Below are positions 1-9,431 of a stretch of DNA of 64,000 nt, piece by piece. Positions within the stretch are counted from its first letter, which is position 1. Each line of letters opens with the position of its first letter. The DNA comes from Candidatus Woesearchaeota archaeon (GTDB taxonomy: Archaea; Nanobdellota; Nanobdellia; Woesearchaeales; JBAZVA01): NCBI GenBank assembly GCA_041661165.1, contig JBAZVA010000001.1:9101-73100 (forward strand). The letters run 5' to 3'. Made by a program: the position numbers and the translations under genes. The notes below the pieces were generated by a model. That model did no database searches. It saw only the letters and a program-made list of their open reading frames with translations, and was not told the origin of the DNA.

Positions 1-1047
1 TGGTTTTTCTGGTTGAAATACAGTACAGCAATCAGCAAACGGTTGTATAGAAGTTTTATATGTTCCTATCTTTTCTGCAACTGTAATTATTTCTTGTTTA
101 TCAAAAGTCAAAAGTGGTCTTAGTATCATTAATTTTGACGCGTCATCAATTTTACTCATATTAATTAATGTTTGCGATGCAACTTGTCCTAAACTTTCTC
201 CGGTAACAATTGCTTCTGCACCAATTTTTGTAGCAAGTTCATTTGCAATTCTTACCATGATTCTTCTATAAAGTATTGTTCTATTTTTTTCAGAGCATTT
301 TGCTTTTATTTCTTTTTGGACTTCTGTAAATGGTACGATATACAAAGTTGTACTCTTTTGATATTTTGATATTATTCTTACGAGCTCTTTTACTTTTTCT
401 GTAGCTTGCTTTGATGTAAAAGGAAATGATTCAAATGTTAAATAAGTATTGTAACACCCTCTTTTGTTTGACATATATGACGAAACAGGAGAATCAATTC
501 CACCAGATATCATTACAACAACGTGTCCGGTGCATCCGACAGGCAATCCTTGTCCAGAAAAAAGTTTTTCTGAATATACAAAAATACTTTGATCACAAAC
601 ATCTACATATATAGTACATTTCGGTGACTGCATTTTTGCTTTTACTTTAGTTTCGTTGATTACATATTCACCAACTAAATTATTTATTTGCATAGAAGAA
701 AATTCGAATTTTTTATATTGACGTTTTGTTTCCACTTTAAAATTTTCTGGTTTTAATTCGTTTATGATTTTGATTGCTGCAATTTTTACTTCTTCAATAT
801 CGTGTTTTACCATAAATGCGGGGCACACTAAACTTAGTCCAAATACTTCTTGCATTGCACATTTTACTTTTTCAAAATCTGTAATTTCTGTTAGAATAAA
901 TCCGCCGTATATTTTTTTTACTTTTGTTTCTTTGTCAGTTATACGAAGTGTGTGTCTTATATTTTCTAAAAGTGTCCGCTCAAAAGTATCTCTATTCTCT
1001 CCTTTTAGCGTAAGTTCTCCTGGTCTAAGTAGTATGCAGTTATACAT
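1..1047 (-). CDS. thiI: tRNA 4-thiouridine synthase ThiI (THUMP + PP-loop ATPase); C-terminus runs off the window start
   Basis: Own translation of the minus strand from ATG at 1047: MYNCILLRPGELTLKGENR...VVMISGGIDSPV (SGGIDS PP-loop)...TGESLGQVASQT. Absent from the ORF track because it is truncated. Confidence 0.85.
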   Translation of the reverse strand, partial: MYNCILLRPGELTLKGENRDTFERTLLENIRHTLRITDKETKVKKIYGGFILTEITDFEKVKCAMQEVFGLSLVCPAFMVKHDIEEVKIAAIKIINELKPENFKVETKRQYKKFEFSSMQINNLVGEYVINETKVKAKMQSPKCTIYVDVCDQSIFVYSEKLFSGQGLPVGCTGHVVVMISGGIDSPVSSYMSNKRGCYNTYLTFESFPFTSKQATEKVKELVRIISKYQKSTTLYIVPFTEVQKEIKAKCSEKNRTILYRRIMVRIANELATKIGAEAIVTGESLGQVASQTLINMSKIDDASKLMILRPLLTFDKQEIITVAEKIGTYKTSIQPFADCCTVFQPEKP

Positions 1048-1070
1048 GATAGTGTTAAATATTAAGCAGC

Positions 1071-1086
1071 GGTTTAAAAACGTTAC
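1071..1086 (-). promoter_or_regulatory. TATA/BRE-like promoter module GGTTTAAAAACGTTA upstream of thiI
   Basis: Centred about 30 nt upstream of ATG 1047. Near-identical to the 4456 and 17322 copies. Confidence 0.5.
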
Positions 1087-1103
1087 TTGTTTAAAAGCAC
1101 TTT

Positions 1104-1262
1104 AAGTTCGTTACTGGCACGCAAAACAGTATAGAAAACTTAGAGTTTTCTATTAGAAGTTCTTTTGAACTTCTTTATTCAGCAATTAAATTAGTTCTTT
1201 AGAATAAGTAATCGTATTAGTACAATTATTTACTCAATATATACAAGGCCGGTAACGAACTT
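1104..1262 (+). repeat. intergenic palindromic-arm element, subfamily B, carrying the 48-nt double-hairpin module II (1131-1178)
   Basis: Arms AAGTTCGTTACTGGC / GCCGGTAACGAACTT. Boxes GCAAAACAGTAT...TTCTTTAGAATAAGTAAT...ACAATTATT. Confidence 0.85.
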
Positions 1263-1315
1263 TCAATACATTTTTTCAGTTAAATTTTTAAATTCATGAT
1301 TATCTTTTACACAAT

Positions 1316-1831
1316 ATGGAAAAAACATTTTATTTAGAGACGGATATGGTTTTTGAAAGCGGTTTCTTAAATTTTATGTTAGATATGTTTCACTTAGACG
1401 AATACGTTTATTGCAGATACATTGATGGAGACCATCATCCAGGTCAATACTTTGATGAAGAATTAATGTTAGAAGTTGATGATTTTGAATTTGATGGCTC
1501 TCGTTGGAAGGTTAAACAAATTGATACTTCTCCTAACGTTATGGTTGTTTATGATACTATAAAAAAAGAAGAAAAATTCACAGGTGCGAACTTAGGTGCA
1601 GACGTAAGTGGTGTTGGACTAGTTGTAACAAAATATTTTGTTTTTGAAGAATCTATTAGAGACGGTCCTATGGATTTTAGATATAATTTAATTCTTTTAG
1701 ACAATTGTGATGTTGAGAAAATAAAAGCAAAATTAAAAGAGTTAAAAATTGCTTTTACAGAACTTCCAAAATATGAACCTAATTCTGAATGGTCTGGATT
1801 TGAACAAATATTAAAATTCGATTTAGTTTAG
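1316..1831 (+). CDS. hypothetical protein (171 aa, acidic)
   Basis: Intact ORF with an AT-rich TATA-like stretch about 25 nt upstream. No recognisable motif. Confidence 0.5.
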   Translation: MEKTFYLETDMVFESGFLNFMLDMFHLDEYVYCRYIDGDHHPGQYFDEELMLEVDDFEFDGSRWKVKQIDTSPNVMVVYDTIKKEEKFTGANLGADVSGVGLVVTKYFVFEESIRDGPMDFRYNLILLDNCDVEKIKAKLKELKIAFTELPKYEPNSEWSGFEQILKFDLV

Positions 1832-1864
1832 TTTCTTATTTTTTTTGTATTTTGTTCTATTTTA

Positions 1865-2006
1865 AAAGTCTTCACCAGCACGCAGACTCCTCGCAGAGGT
1901 AGCCAAGCAACGCAGCTATGTATGCAGTATTATTAATCCAGTTCCAATAGGAGTTTCTATTTAGTACTATTATTAGCACTACATGTGAAGGCTGGTAAGA
2001 AGACTT
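1865..2006 (+). repeat. intergenic element, subfamily A, carrying hairpin module I (1889-1920)
   Basis: AAAGTCTTCACCAGCACGCAGACT[module]TATGCAGT..CCAGTTCCAATAGGA..ATTATTAGCACTACATGTGAAGGCTGGTAAGAAGACTT. Confidence 0.9.
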
Positions 2007-2062
2007 AAGACGATGTCTTAATATTCGTTACATATATAAATTAACAATTGGTTTACTTTAAT

Positions 2063-2860
2063 ATGTCATATCAATCAGAAGTAAGAACGAGAATAATAAG
2101 GCTTTTAGCAAAGCATGATAATTTGAAAGCTAAGCAAATGTATAGAATGCTAAATTTACCAGTAACGTATCAAGCTGTTTTTAAAATGATAAAAACGATG
2201 GTTGATGAAAAGACACTTGACCAAAACAAATTATCATATTCATTAAATGACGATTTCGTAAAAGATACAGTTTCGTTTGTGGAAGAATTAAAAGTAAATG
2301 AAAAAGAAAAATATTCTTCTGTATTATCAAAAGTAAGTGATGGAAAAGAAAAAGTTGTATTAAATTTCAAAAGACAAATTGATTTGTTAGAATTTTTACT
2401 GGGGTTTGTAGAATATCAAACTAGTGCAGCACCAAATGATTATTGCTTGTTTCATGTAAATTGTTTGTTTGGAATATTTTCATTTTCTCCAAAATTAACT
2501 GAGAAACTTCAAAACATTCTTTCAAAATCAAGAGTGTATATTATAGTAAAGCAAGATACAAGATGGAATGATGCGATAATACAACTTTGGAAAAGACTTA
2601 CAGTAAACATAAAATCAGGAGTAAATTTTGGTGGAAAAGATGTTTTAGTGTATAAGAATATTGTTTGTAAAGTAATTTACGATGAAACTAACGCACAAGA
2701 ATTGTGCGAAGTAGCAAGAAAAGTTCAGCAACTTTCAAATATTAATATAATGGAAATGATTTACAATTTGTATGAGAATAATATTAATATCTCATTGGAA
2801 ATTTCAAGCGACCCTAAATTTGCAAGCACATTAAAGGATAGGTTTATGGGAGAGTTTTAG
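2063..2860 (+). CDS. putative winged-helix transcriptional regulator
   Basis: N-terminal RTRIIRLLAKHDNLKAKQMYRMLNLPVTYQAVFKMIKTMVDEKTL resembles a wHTH. The ORF track starts at TTG 2048; the first ATG is at 2063. Confidence 0.5.
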   Translation: MSYQSEVRTRIIRLLAKHDNLKAKQMYRMLNLPVTYQAVFKMIKTMVDEKTLDQNKLSYSLNDDFVKDTVSFVEELKVNEKEKYSSVLSKVSDGKEKVVLNFKRQIDLLEFLLGFVEYQTSAAPNDYCLFHVNCLFGIFSFSPKLTEKLQNILSKSRVYIIVKQDTRWNDAIIQLWKRLTVNIKSGVNFGGKDVLVYKNIVCKVIYDETNAQELCEVARKVQQLSNINIMEMIYNLYENNINISLEISSDPKFASTLKDRFMGEF

Positions 2861-2882
2861 TTCTGATAAAATTATCAACTTT

Positions 2883-3005
2883 AAGTTCTTTACTGGCACA
2901 CAGATTTGTATAGATAATGATATTTCTAACCTAAAATAATTGTTTTTATAAAAGGATTTTTTATATTACAATAATTAATTTTATAATGTCCAAGTATTAG
3001 AAGAT
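2883..3005 (+). repeat. decayed copy of the intergenic element (5' half recognisable)
   Basis: AAGTTCTTTACTGGCACACAGATTTGTATAG at the 5' end. The 3' arm is reduced to ATGTCCAAGTATTAGAAG. Confidence 0.45.
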
Positions 3006-3247
3006 TAAAATGGAAAATATTGTTTAACTATTATTTTAATTTCGTTATAAAATTCTTCTCCGTCTCCTGTAGGTCCACCTAGAAAACTACTATTAGTTGC
3101 AGCATATAAACATCTTTGATCTAAAAGCAAATTGTATATTTTTTCAGAAATGTTGTGTCCGTTTAAACTAAAAATATTTTGAGTAGTTATTCCTTTATTT
3201 GTTTTAGATGTGCTGATAATTCTTTCTAATACCCTCTTAATTTCCAT
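3005..3247 (-). CDS. hypothetical small protein (80 aa)
   Basis: ORF with TATATAAAA-like box about 25 nt upstream on the gene strand. Sits next to the cysteine desulfurase gene. Confidence 0.4.
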   Translation of the reverse strand: MEIKRVLERIISTSKTNKGITTQNIFSLNGHNISEKIYNLLLDQRCLYAATNSSFLGGPTGDGEEFYNEIKIIVKQYFPF

Positions 3248-3316
3248 AGTGTATAAAATAAAAAATCCTTTTATATAGTTTTCGCTCTACTATGAAATAC
3301 TTCTATTTTTGCATCA

Positions 3317-4435
3317 TTACAATAAGTCTTTATAATATTTCTTAAACTTTTCCAAGAAGAAATCAACTTCTTTTTTCGTATTGTATTTAGAAAGCGAGAT
3401 TCTCATACTGCATCTTGCATCTTTATCAGATAATCCTAAAGCAGTTAAAACGTGAGATGGTTTTTTGTTTGACGCAGAACATGCAGAACCGACAGAAACG
3501 AATATGTTGTCTTGCTCTAGATGATGTAACATTACTTCTCCTTCAACGTTCTTCATTAATACATTTAGTATGTTGCAAGCACTCGTTTTGTCATCGACAA
3601 AACCATTTATAGAAATTCCATTTATTTTAATTAATTCAGACATCAAATATTTCTTCAATTTCAGAATATTATCATTTTCAAAATTTTGTTTTATTGCAGT
3701 TCCAAATCCGACAATACCTATCACATTTTGTGTTCCGCTTCTAAGATTTTGCTGTTGATGTCCGCCAAAGAATATTGGTTTTAACTCAATATTTTTTTTA
3801 ATAATAAGTGCGCCAATTCCTTTTGGTCCGTGAATTTTATGTGCAGAAATTGTTATTAAATCCATATTTTGGAATATTTTAGAATCTATTTTCATAAAAG
3901 ATTGTACTGCATCCGTATGAAATATTATTTTAGAATTCTTCAATTTCACAATTTTGCACAATTTTTCAATATCTTGAATCGTCCCAATTTCGTTATTTAC
4001 GTGCATTATAGTTACTAAGAACGTATCTTTTGTAATTGCTTTATCTAATTCATTTTCATCGACAAATCCGTTTTTATCAACATCTAAATATGTAACAGAG
4101 TATCCTTTGCTTTCAAGCTCTTTTATTGGCTCCAAAACAGATGGATGCTCTATTTTCGTAGTGATTATGTGTTTTCCTAAGTGTTTCAAACCGAAAATTA
4201 CTTGATTGTTGCTTTCAGTTCCGCAACTTGTAAAAATTATCTTTTTATCTTCTCCAAAAATCTTTTTAAAATCAGAAACGATTGACTCAATACTTTTTTG
4301 TACAAAAAGTCCAAGCGAATGAAGCGATGATGGATTTCCGTATTCAGTAAAACAATATTTTTCAATCTCCTTTACAACTTCGTCATCAACTTTCGTGGTT
4401 GCAGCATTGTCAAGATATATTATCTCCCTATTCAT
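3317..4435 (-). CDS. cysteine desulfurase (NifS/IscS-type, class V aminotransferase)
   Basis: PLP-lysine context ISAHKIHGPKGIGAL and active-site cysteine loop VSVGSACSA. Length is 372 aa. Confidence 0.9.
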   Translation of the reverse strand: MNREIIYLDNAATTKVDDEVVKEIEKYCFTEYGNPSSLHSLGLFVQKSIESIVSDFKKIFGEDKKIIFTSCGTESNNQVIFGLKHLGKHIITTKIEHPSVLEPIKELESKGYSVTYLDVDKNGFVDENELDKAITKDTFLVTIMHVNNEIGTIQDIEKLCKIVKLKNSKIIFHTDAVQSFMKIDSKIFQNMDLITISAHKIHGPKGIGALIIKKNIELKPIFFGGHQQQNLRSGTQNVIGIVGFGTAIKQNFENDNILKLKKYLMSELIKINGISINGFVDDKTSACNILNVLMKNVEGEVMLHHLEQDNIFVSVGSACSASNKKPSHVLTALGLSDKDARCSMRISLSKYNTKKEVDFFLEKFKKYYKDLL

Positions 4436-4455
4436 GTGTTTAATAGTCCTATATT

Positions 4456-4470
4456 CGTTTAAAAACGTTG
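4456..4470 (-). promoter_or_regulatory. TATA/BRE-like promoter module CGTTTAAAAACGTTG upstream of the cysteine desulfurase gene
   Basis: Centred about 26 nt upstream of ATG 4435. Identical 15-mer to 17322-17336. Confidence 0.5.
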
Positions 4471-4485
4471 TTGTGGCGTTTCAAG

Positions 4486-4593
4486 AAGTCTCAACCAGCA
4501 AACAGACTCGTATGCATTTGTTTTATCCAGTTCCAATCGGAACGTCTAATTTACACAATTATTAGCACTATATGTAAAGGCTGGTGGAGACTT
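4486..4593 (+). repeat. intergenic element, subfamily A
   Basis: AAGTCTCAACCAGCAAACAGACTCGTATGCA..CCAGTTCCAATCGGAAC..ACACAATTATTAGCACTATATGTAAAGGCTGGTGGAGACTT. Confidence 0.9.
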
Positions 4594-4668
4594 TTTACTT
4601 TTTATTAGTATTGGAAGATATAACACACTCTAAAAAGCTTTAAAAATCAGTACTACTTAAGTCCTTAC

Positions 4669-5079
4669 ATGATCAAGCAGTTCATAAGAATTACTTTAAT
4701 AAAAGAAGTAAAGCCGGGTATAGATAACATAAATTCTGATTTGCAGTGGTTTTGTAATACACTAGGTATGTTTAACCTTCGTGACAAGGAAAAAAGTTGT
4801 TATAGATTGTTTGTAGAACTTCTAAAAGCTGCAAGACTTGAAAAAGAAATGTCGAGTGACGATTTGGCAGACAGACTAAATCTTACAAGAGCGACAGTAA
4901 TTCATCATTTAAATTCTTTAATTGCGTCAGGGCTTGTAATTGCAAAAGAGGACAGATATTATTTAAGAGTAAATAATCTAAAAGAGCTTGTAGATTTCGT
5001 AGAAAAAGATGTGATCTCTGTTTTTAAGGATTTAAAAGATGTTGCAGAGAATATTGATGATAAATTAGAGTTGGACTAG
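4669..5079 (+). CDS. ArsR-like winged-helix transcriptional regulator
   Basis: LADRLNLTRATVIHHLNSLIASGLV is a typical ArsR/SmtB recognition helix. Confidence 0.6.
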   Translation: MIKQFIRITLIKEVKPGIDNINSDLQWFCNTLGMFNLRDKEKSCYRLFVELLKAARLEKEMSSDDLADRLNLTRATVIHHLNSLIASGLVIAKEDRYYLRVNNLKELVDFVEKDVISVFKDLKDVAENIDDKLELD

Positions 5080-5134
5080 ACTTTTTTCTTGACAAATTGT
5101 TAATAGAAATTTATCAATTTTTTATAATGATTTT

Positions 5135-5395
5135 TTATTGTTTATACAGCGTAAAAGTAAAACCAATTTTATTTACAACTTCTGCATCCACTAATTTTGC
5201 AACTTCGTATGGGAATTGTTTTTTATCAATATTGTGTTCGTCAATTGCCCCGCCAAGAATTTTCACTTTGATAAGTTTTTTCGCTTTTAATTGTTTTTTA
5301 ATTTCTTCAATTATAAGAGGATCCATTCCTTTCTTCCCAATCCACACTGTTGGTTTTGTTACATGCGACATTGCAACTAAATTTTCTTCTGTCAT
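5135..5395 (-). CDS. YhbY/CRM-domain RNA-binding protein
   Basis: VWIGKKGMDPLIIEEIKKQLKAKKLIKVKIL...VVNKIGFTFTLYK matches the CRS1/YhbY pattern. Length is 86 aa. Confidence 0.7.
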   Translation of the reverse strand: MTEENLVAMSHVTKPTVWIGKKGMDPLIIEEIKKQLKAKKLIKVKILGGAIDEHNIDKKQFPYEVAKLVDAEVVNKIGFTFTLYKQ

Positions 5396-5454
5396 AACAT
5401 ATAGAAATAAACTTTCCTTTTTAAATCTTTAGATGAGTTGAATTTCCTACTTTT

Positions 5455-5573
5455 ACTTATGTCCTGCCAGCACGCAAAACAGTATTCAGTGTCTATATTA
5501 CCTCTTTAGAACGAACAAATTTGATTGGTACTATTATTAGCAATGTAAGCAAGGCTGGCAAGGACATTAAAGT
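5455..5573 (+). repeat. intergenic element, subfamily B
   Basis: Arms ATGTCCTGCCAGC / GCTGGCAAGGACAT. Core GGTACTATTATTAGCAATGTAAGCAAGG. Confidence 0.9.
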
Positions 5574-5625
5574 CCTAACGACATCTTTTTAAACATTCAT
5601 TTGACATAAGAATATAGGGGTATCA

Positions 5626-6573
5626 ATGAATATAGGTCAATTTAAACTAAAAAATAGGATTTCTTTAGCACCCATGGCAGAAGTTACAGATATTGCGTTT
5701 AGAGAACTTTGCATAAAAGAAGGCTGCGGTTTTACAATAACAGAAATGGTGAATGCGCACGCAATAATTCATGCAGACGAAAACACGTTACGAATGACTA
5801 AGACTTCTAAATTAGAATCTCCTAGATGTATTCAAATTTTCGGTGGCGATCATGATGCAGTAATTCAAGCCGCAAAAATAGTTGAAAAAGATTGTGATAT
5901 TCTAAATTTCAATATGGGTTGCCCCGTAGATAAAGTCACATCAATAAATGCGGGAAGCGCACTTCTAAAAGATTTAGTATCAACAAAAAAACTTTTAACA
6001 GACTTAAAGAGCGAGATAAAAATTCCGCTCACAATTAAAACAAGAATAGGTTACGATGACGAGATTAATATTCCACAAGTTGCAAAAATGTGTGAAGAAG
6101 TTGGTATTGATTGTTTAATGATTCATGGCAGAACAAAAGCACAAGGATATTTTGGAAATGCTGATTGGAAAAGTATAGAAACTGCAAAACAAAATTATTC
6201 AGGGCCAGTTATTGGAAACGGAGATGTAATTGATGAAGTTTCTGCAAAAAACATGTTATCTTTTTGTGATGGTGCAATGATTGGTAGAGCAGCAATAGGA
6301 AATCCATTTATTTTTTCAAGAGTAACTCACTTTTTAGAAACTGGGAATTTTTTACCAAAAGAATCTGTTCACGACAGAATTTCTATGTACTACAAATATG
6401 TAAAATTGGCAGAGAAATATAGAATTGGAACTTTAGTAAGACTACGTCAGCAAGCAGTCTGGTTTTGCAAAGGTTTTGTCGGCTCAAAAGATATGCGAAT
6501 GAAAATTTCTTCTGCAAAGACTTATGACGATATTAAAAAAGCGATGGATGATTTCTTATCAGAGAATACTTAG
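5626..6573 (+). CDS. dus: tRNA-dihydrouridine synthase (Dus family)
   Basis: LAPMAEVTDIAFR, NMGCPV (catalytic Cys context) and IHGRT are Dus hallmarks. Confidence 0.9.
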   Translation: MNIGQFKLKNRISLAPMAEVTDIAFRELCIKEGCGFTITEMVNAHAIIHADENTLRMTKTSKLESPRCIQIFGGDHDAVIQAAKIVEKDCDILNFNMGCPVDKVTSINAGSALLKDLVSTKKLLTDLKSEIKIPLTIKTRIGYDDEINIPQVAKMCEEVGIDCLMIHGRTKAQGYFGNADWKSIETAKQNYSGPVIGNGDVIDEVSAKNMLSFCDGAMIGRAAIGNPFIFSRVTHFLETGNFLPKESVHDRISMYYKYVKLAEKYRIGTLVRLRQQAVWFCKGFVGSKDMRMKISSAKTYDDIKKAMDDFLSENT

Positions 6574-6589
6574 GTCAAAACTAAACTAT

Positions 6590-6701
6590 ATGTTTTTTAC
6601 CGGCAAGCAAAACAGTATGCAGTAATATCATTGGTTTTTTAGAAGTAAGTAAATTATTTTGGTACTATTATTGGCAATGTAAGCAAGGCCGGTAAAAACA
6701 T
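6590..6701 (+). repeat. intergenic element, subfamily B
   Basis: ATGTTTTTTACCGGCAAGCAAAACAGTATGCAGT...GGTACTATTATTGGCAATGTAAGCAAGGCCGGTAAAAACAT. Confidence 0.9.
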
Positions 6702-6711
6702 CGTACTAGAA

Positions 6712-7002
6712 TTATTCTTTTTTCTTTTTCATTTCTTGAACGGTCTTAACAAAACATTCTATTTGTTTTTCAGACAATCCTTCGTATTTTATATAATTTA
6801 TTTTTATAGAACGTAAAAACATATTTTGCATGTAGAATTCTTCAGGAATATCAAACATTGCTTTCATTGCAGGGTCTTTAATTTCAGTAGAAAGTTGTGC
6901 TTTTTGACAATCGTAGCATATAGGATATTGACTTCGTCCGGAAATTAAAACCATGTTTTTCTTACATTGGTTACATCTTTGCTTGTATGATACTTTTACC
7001 AT
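6712..7002 (-). CDS. zinc-ribbon protein, function unknown
   Basis: CNQC...x15...CYDC four-cysteine ribbon at the N-terminus. Length is 96 aa. Confidence 0.5.
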   Translation of the reverse strand: MVKVSYKQRCNQCKKNMVLISGRSQYPICYDCQKAQLSTEIKDPAMKAMFDIPEEFYMQNMFLRSIKINYIKYEGLSEKQIECFVKTVQEMKKKKE

Positions 7003-7037
7003 GTATTAGAAGACGAGTTGTTAGTTTATAAAATTTC

Positions 7038-8060
7038 CTACGTAGTTTTCTGACTATCTGATGCATATTTTTCGTGTATGGGATTAATGAGTTCAAAAGT
7101 TTCAAATATCCTTTTTGTATATTCTGTATTGATATATATGACTTGGCCTTTATTTTTTAAATTAATATTCATTTCAAATTCAGAAAATAAGTCTTTTATT
7201 GTGGTATTGTAACTATCTCCTTTTTTTCTTAATTCCAGATATTTTTTTGATGCATTGTAAGTAGCATGACCTATAATTCCTTCTAAAAAATTCTTTTTTG
7301 CGGCAAGAGTTATTATTGACTTTGGTAATTTTCTTTGATTTTTGTCTATTTCAATTCCTATGTCGTAAGAAATCCAAGTTGTAATTGCTTTTGAATTTAT
7401 TTCAACCATGGGTAATGAATAGGTGTGAAAATTTCCTGATTTTCCAACAATGTTTTTAAAATTTTTAATAGGTATTTTGCCTTCGTCATCAAGAATATTG
7501 TAATTAAATAATTTTAAAACTATTTTTGAAAGATATTTTTCAAAAATAGATAAATCATTATTGTTTCCAACAAGTCTTATTTTTCTTGGGATTTTCTCGC
7601 CTGATAACATTTTTACTGTTTTTATTTCTGCATCTGCAAAAAGATATCCGAGCAATCTTAATTCATCACCATTTACATGAATTGGAAGAGTTATGTCATG
7701 AAGCCAGTCAAAATCACTTGGTACAAATTTACTCCATATCTTTCTTGCTGCAAAAAGATTTCCGCGATAGTTGTCTGTATCTCTTCTTAGAAGCGCCATG
7801 TAATTTGCATCTAAATTCTCATTATTTTTGTACATTAGTGCTTCTTGTTTGTATTGACGTTTTAGAATTTTGTCTATGTCTGCACCTTTGTTTAAATTAA
7901 AAATTAAGTTTTCTAAATCTTTTTTTGTAAATTGAGTGTGTTTGTATTGCTTGAAAAGTTTTGCACCTTCTAATATTTTTTCATTATTATCAAAAATTCT
8001 TCTTATCCAAGATAAATATGATTCTTTAATTTGCAAACGTTTGGTAACAATAGTATTCAT
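7038..8060 (-). CDS. hypothetical protein with two degenerate LAGLIDADG-like motifs
   Basis: LLGYLFADAEI and FLEGIIGHATY lie about 100 aa apart and weakly resemble a double LAGLIDADG fold. The canonical acidic residues are not clearly kept. Confidence 0.45.
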   Translation of the reverse strand: MNTIVTKRLQIKESYLSWIRRIFDNNEKILEGAKLFKQYKHTQFTKKDLENLIFNLNKGADIDKILKRQYKQEALMYKNNENLDANYMALLRRDTDNYRGNLFAARKIWSKFVPSDFDWLHDITLPIHVNGDELRLLGYLFADAEIKTVKMLSGEKIPRKIRLVGNNNDLSIFEKYLSKIVLKLFNYNILDDEGKIPIKNFKNIVGKSGNFHTYSLPMVEINSKAITTWISYDIGIEIDKNQRKLPKSIITLAAKKNFLEGIIGHATYNASKKYLELRKKGDSYNTTIKDLFSEFEMNINLKNKGQVIYINTEYTKRIFETFELINPIHEKYASDSQKTT

Positions 8061-8131
8061 TATAGAAACATATTAGAAGATATAATATATAAAAGTTACT
8101 ATTATTTAGTAGTTCTTAAATAAATTATAAT

Positions 8132-8267
8132 CTGCTCTGTACAAAGTCTTTTTACCGGCCTTGCTTGTGTTGCTAATAATTGTACTAATTTAATTACATA
8201 TTCTAAAGAGCTCTTTAATTACTGCATACTGTTTTGCTTGCCGGTAGAGACATTTTGGACAGAGCTG
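8132..8267 (-). repeat. intergenic element, subfamily B, full-length arms
   Basis: Plus strand reads CTGCTCTGTACAAAGTCTTTTTACCGGCC...GCCGGTAGAGACATTTTGGACAGAGCTG, about 27-bp imperfect arms. Confidence 0.9.
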
Positions 8268-8311
8268 ATATAATCCAAGAATTTATATACAATTGATTAT
8301 TGATATTTTTT

Positions 8312-9268
8312 ATGAAGAAAATAAAAACTATGATAATAGTTTTGCTTTTACTAATGTTTGTATGTGGTTCTTTTATTGCAGTTATTGCACTTTTGGAAAA
8401 TATGAAAAATAATCCTTTTGCAAAGAAAACAAGTGATTATTCTATTAAATCCATTCAAGATTATAATATAAATTTATGTGCTGGCGTTAGTTCTGTTCAT
8501 GAAGGATACGATGGTATTGGAATTAAATTGCAACCTTATGATTCAGAGTCAAACGAATTGATAAACGCAGAAAATTTTGATGGGTTTGTTAATTTTCCAA
8601 AGCAAGGTGCAGGTTCTAGTGTTTCTTCAAAAGATTTTACTTGTTATATTAGCGATCCAACTTTTTATTTTTCCGTAAATATTAATGCAAAAGATTACAT
8701 TTCTGTAAAAGATTTGGCGATAAATCCTGTCGCGGTTGGAAAAATGTATTTGATTAAAGTGCCTATGCATAAAAAACCTGCATGTTATTATGATAAAGAA
8801 AATTTACAAACTTTTTCTGAATATATAAATAACAATTTTGGATTAGATAGTACCAAATACTCACTTACGTGTATGGATTCTAGCATAAGCAGAGGCGGAT
8901 TTGTAAAATCAAGTGGAAAATATAATGATGGTGGAAGTTTTGAAGTATTTTATCGTTGGGGTTCCTGCAGTTCAGGTGGTGCAGATTGTGGTCATAGCAG
9001 TTGTTTTGCAGTAGAAGGTAATGATAATTTGTTTCAAACTGTAAAGACAAAATTATGCAATGATTTGTATTCTTATAATCATGTTTATCCAGTACGTTGC
9101 ACAGAAGGTGTTGATTATGATAACACTGAAGAAATAAGAAAAAAATGTATGGCTGGTGAATATGACTATGTTAGTGGAAATAAACAAGTTATTTCTATAA
9201 TTCAAGATGGGAATGCATGTTCTGCTTCAGTTAAAAAAGGTAATTTAGATTGTTTAGGTATTAACTAG
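8312..9268 (+). CDS. secreted or membrane-anchored cysteine-rich protein
   Basis: N-terminal hydrophobic anchor IIVLLLLMFVCGSFIAVIALL with many Cys in the C-terminal half. ATG at 8312; the track starts at TTG 8300. Confidence 0.55.
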   Translation: MKKIKTMIIVLLLLMFVCGSFIAVIALLENMKNNPFAKKTSDYSIKSIQDYNINLCAGVSSVHEGYDGIGIKLQPYDSESNELINAENFDGFVNFPKQGAGSSVSSKDFTCYISDPTFYFSVNINAKDYISVKDLAINPVAVGKMYLIKVPMHKKPACYYDKENLQTFSEYINNNFGLDSTKYSLTCMDSSISRGGFVKSSGKYNDGGSFEVFYRWGSCSSGGADCGHSSCFAVEGNDNLFQTVKTKLCNDLYSYNHVYPVRCTEGVDYDNTEEIRKKCMAGEYDYVSGNKQVISIIQDGNACSASVKKGNLDCLGIN

Positions 9269-9291
9269 AATTCTTTGCTAAATTTATTATA

Positions 9292-9407
9292 AGAAATGTT
9301 TTTACCAGCAAGCAGATTTGTATGCAGATTTATGATGTGGTTCCAATCGGCACTTCTTATTAACACAATTATTAGCACCATATGTAAAGGCTGGTTGAAA
9401 CATTTCT
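9292..9407 (+). repeat. intergenic element, subfamily A
   Basis: Arms AGAAATGTTTTTACCAGC / GCTGGTTGAAACATTTCT. Core ACACAATTATTAGCACCATATGTAAAGG. Confidence 0.9.
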
Positions 9408-9431
9408 AATAGTGTCGTTTAGAATTTATAA

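Noticed and set aside
1889-1920. Module I contains GGTAGCCAAGC, which resembles the D-arm region of archaeal tRNAs, raising the idea of a tRNA gene or tRNA-derived element.
   Set aside because: Only about 11 nt match. No acceptor stem, anticodon arm or T-arm can be drawn at any of the five instances. It is noted as a possible distant origin only.
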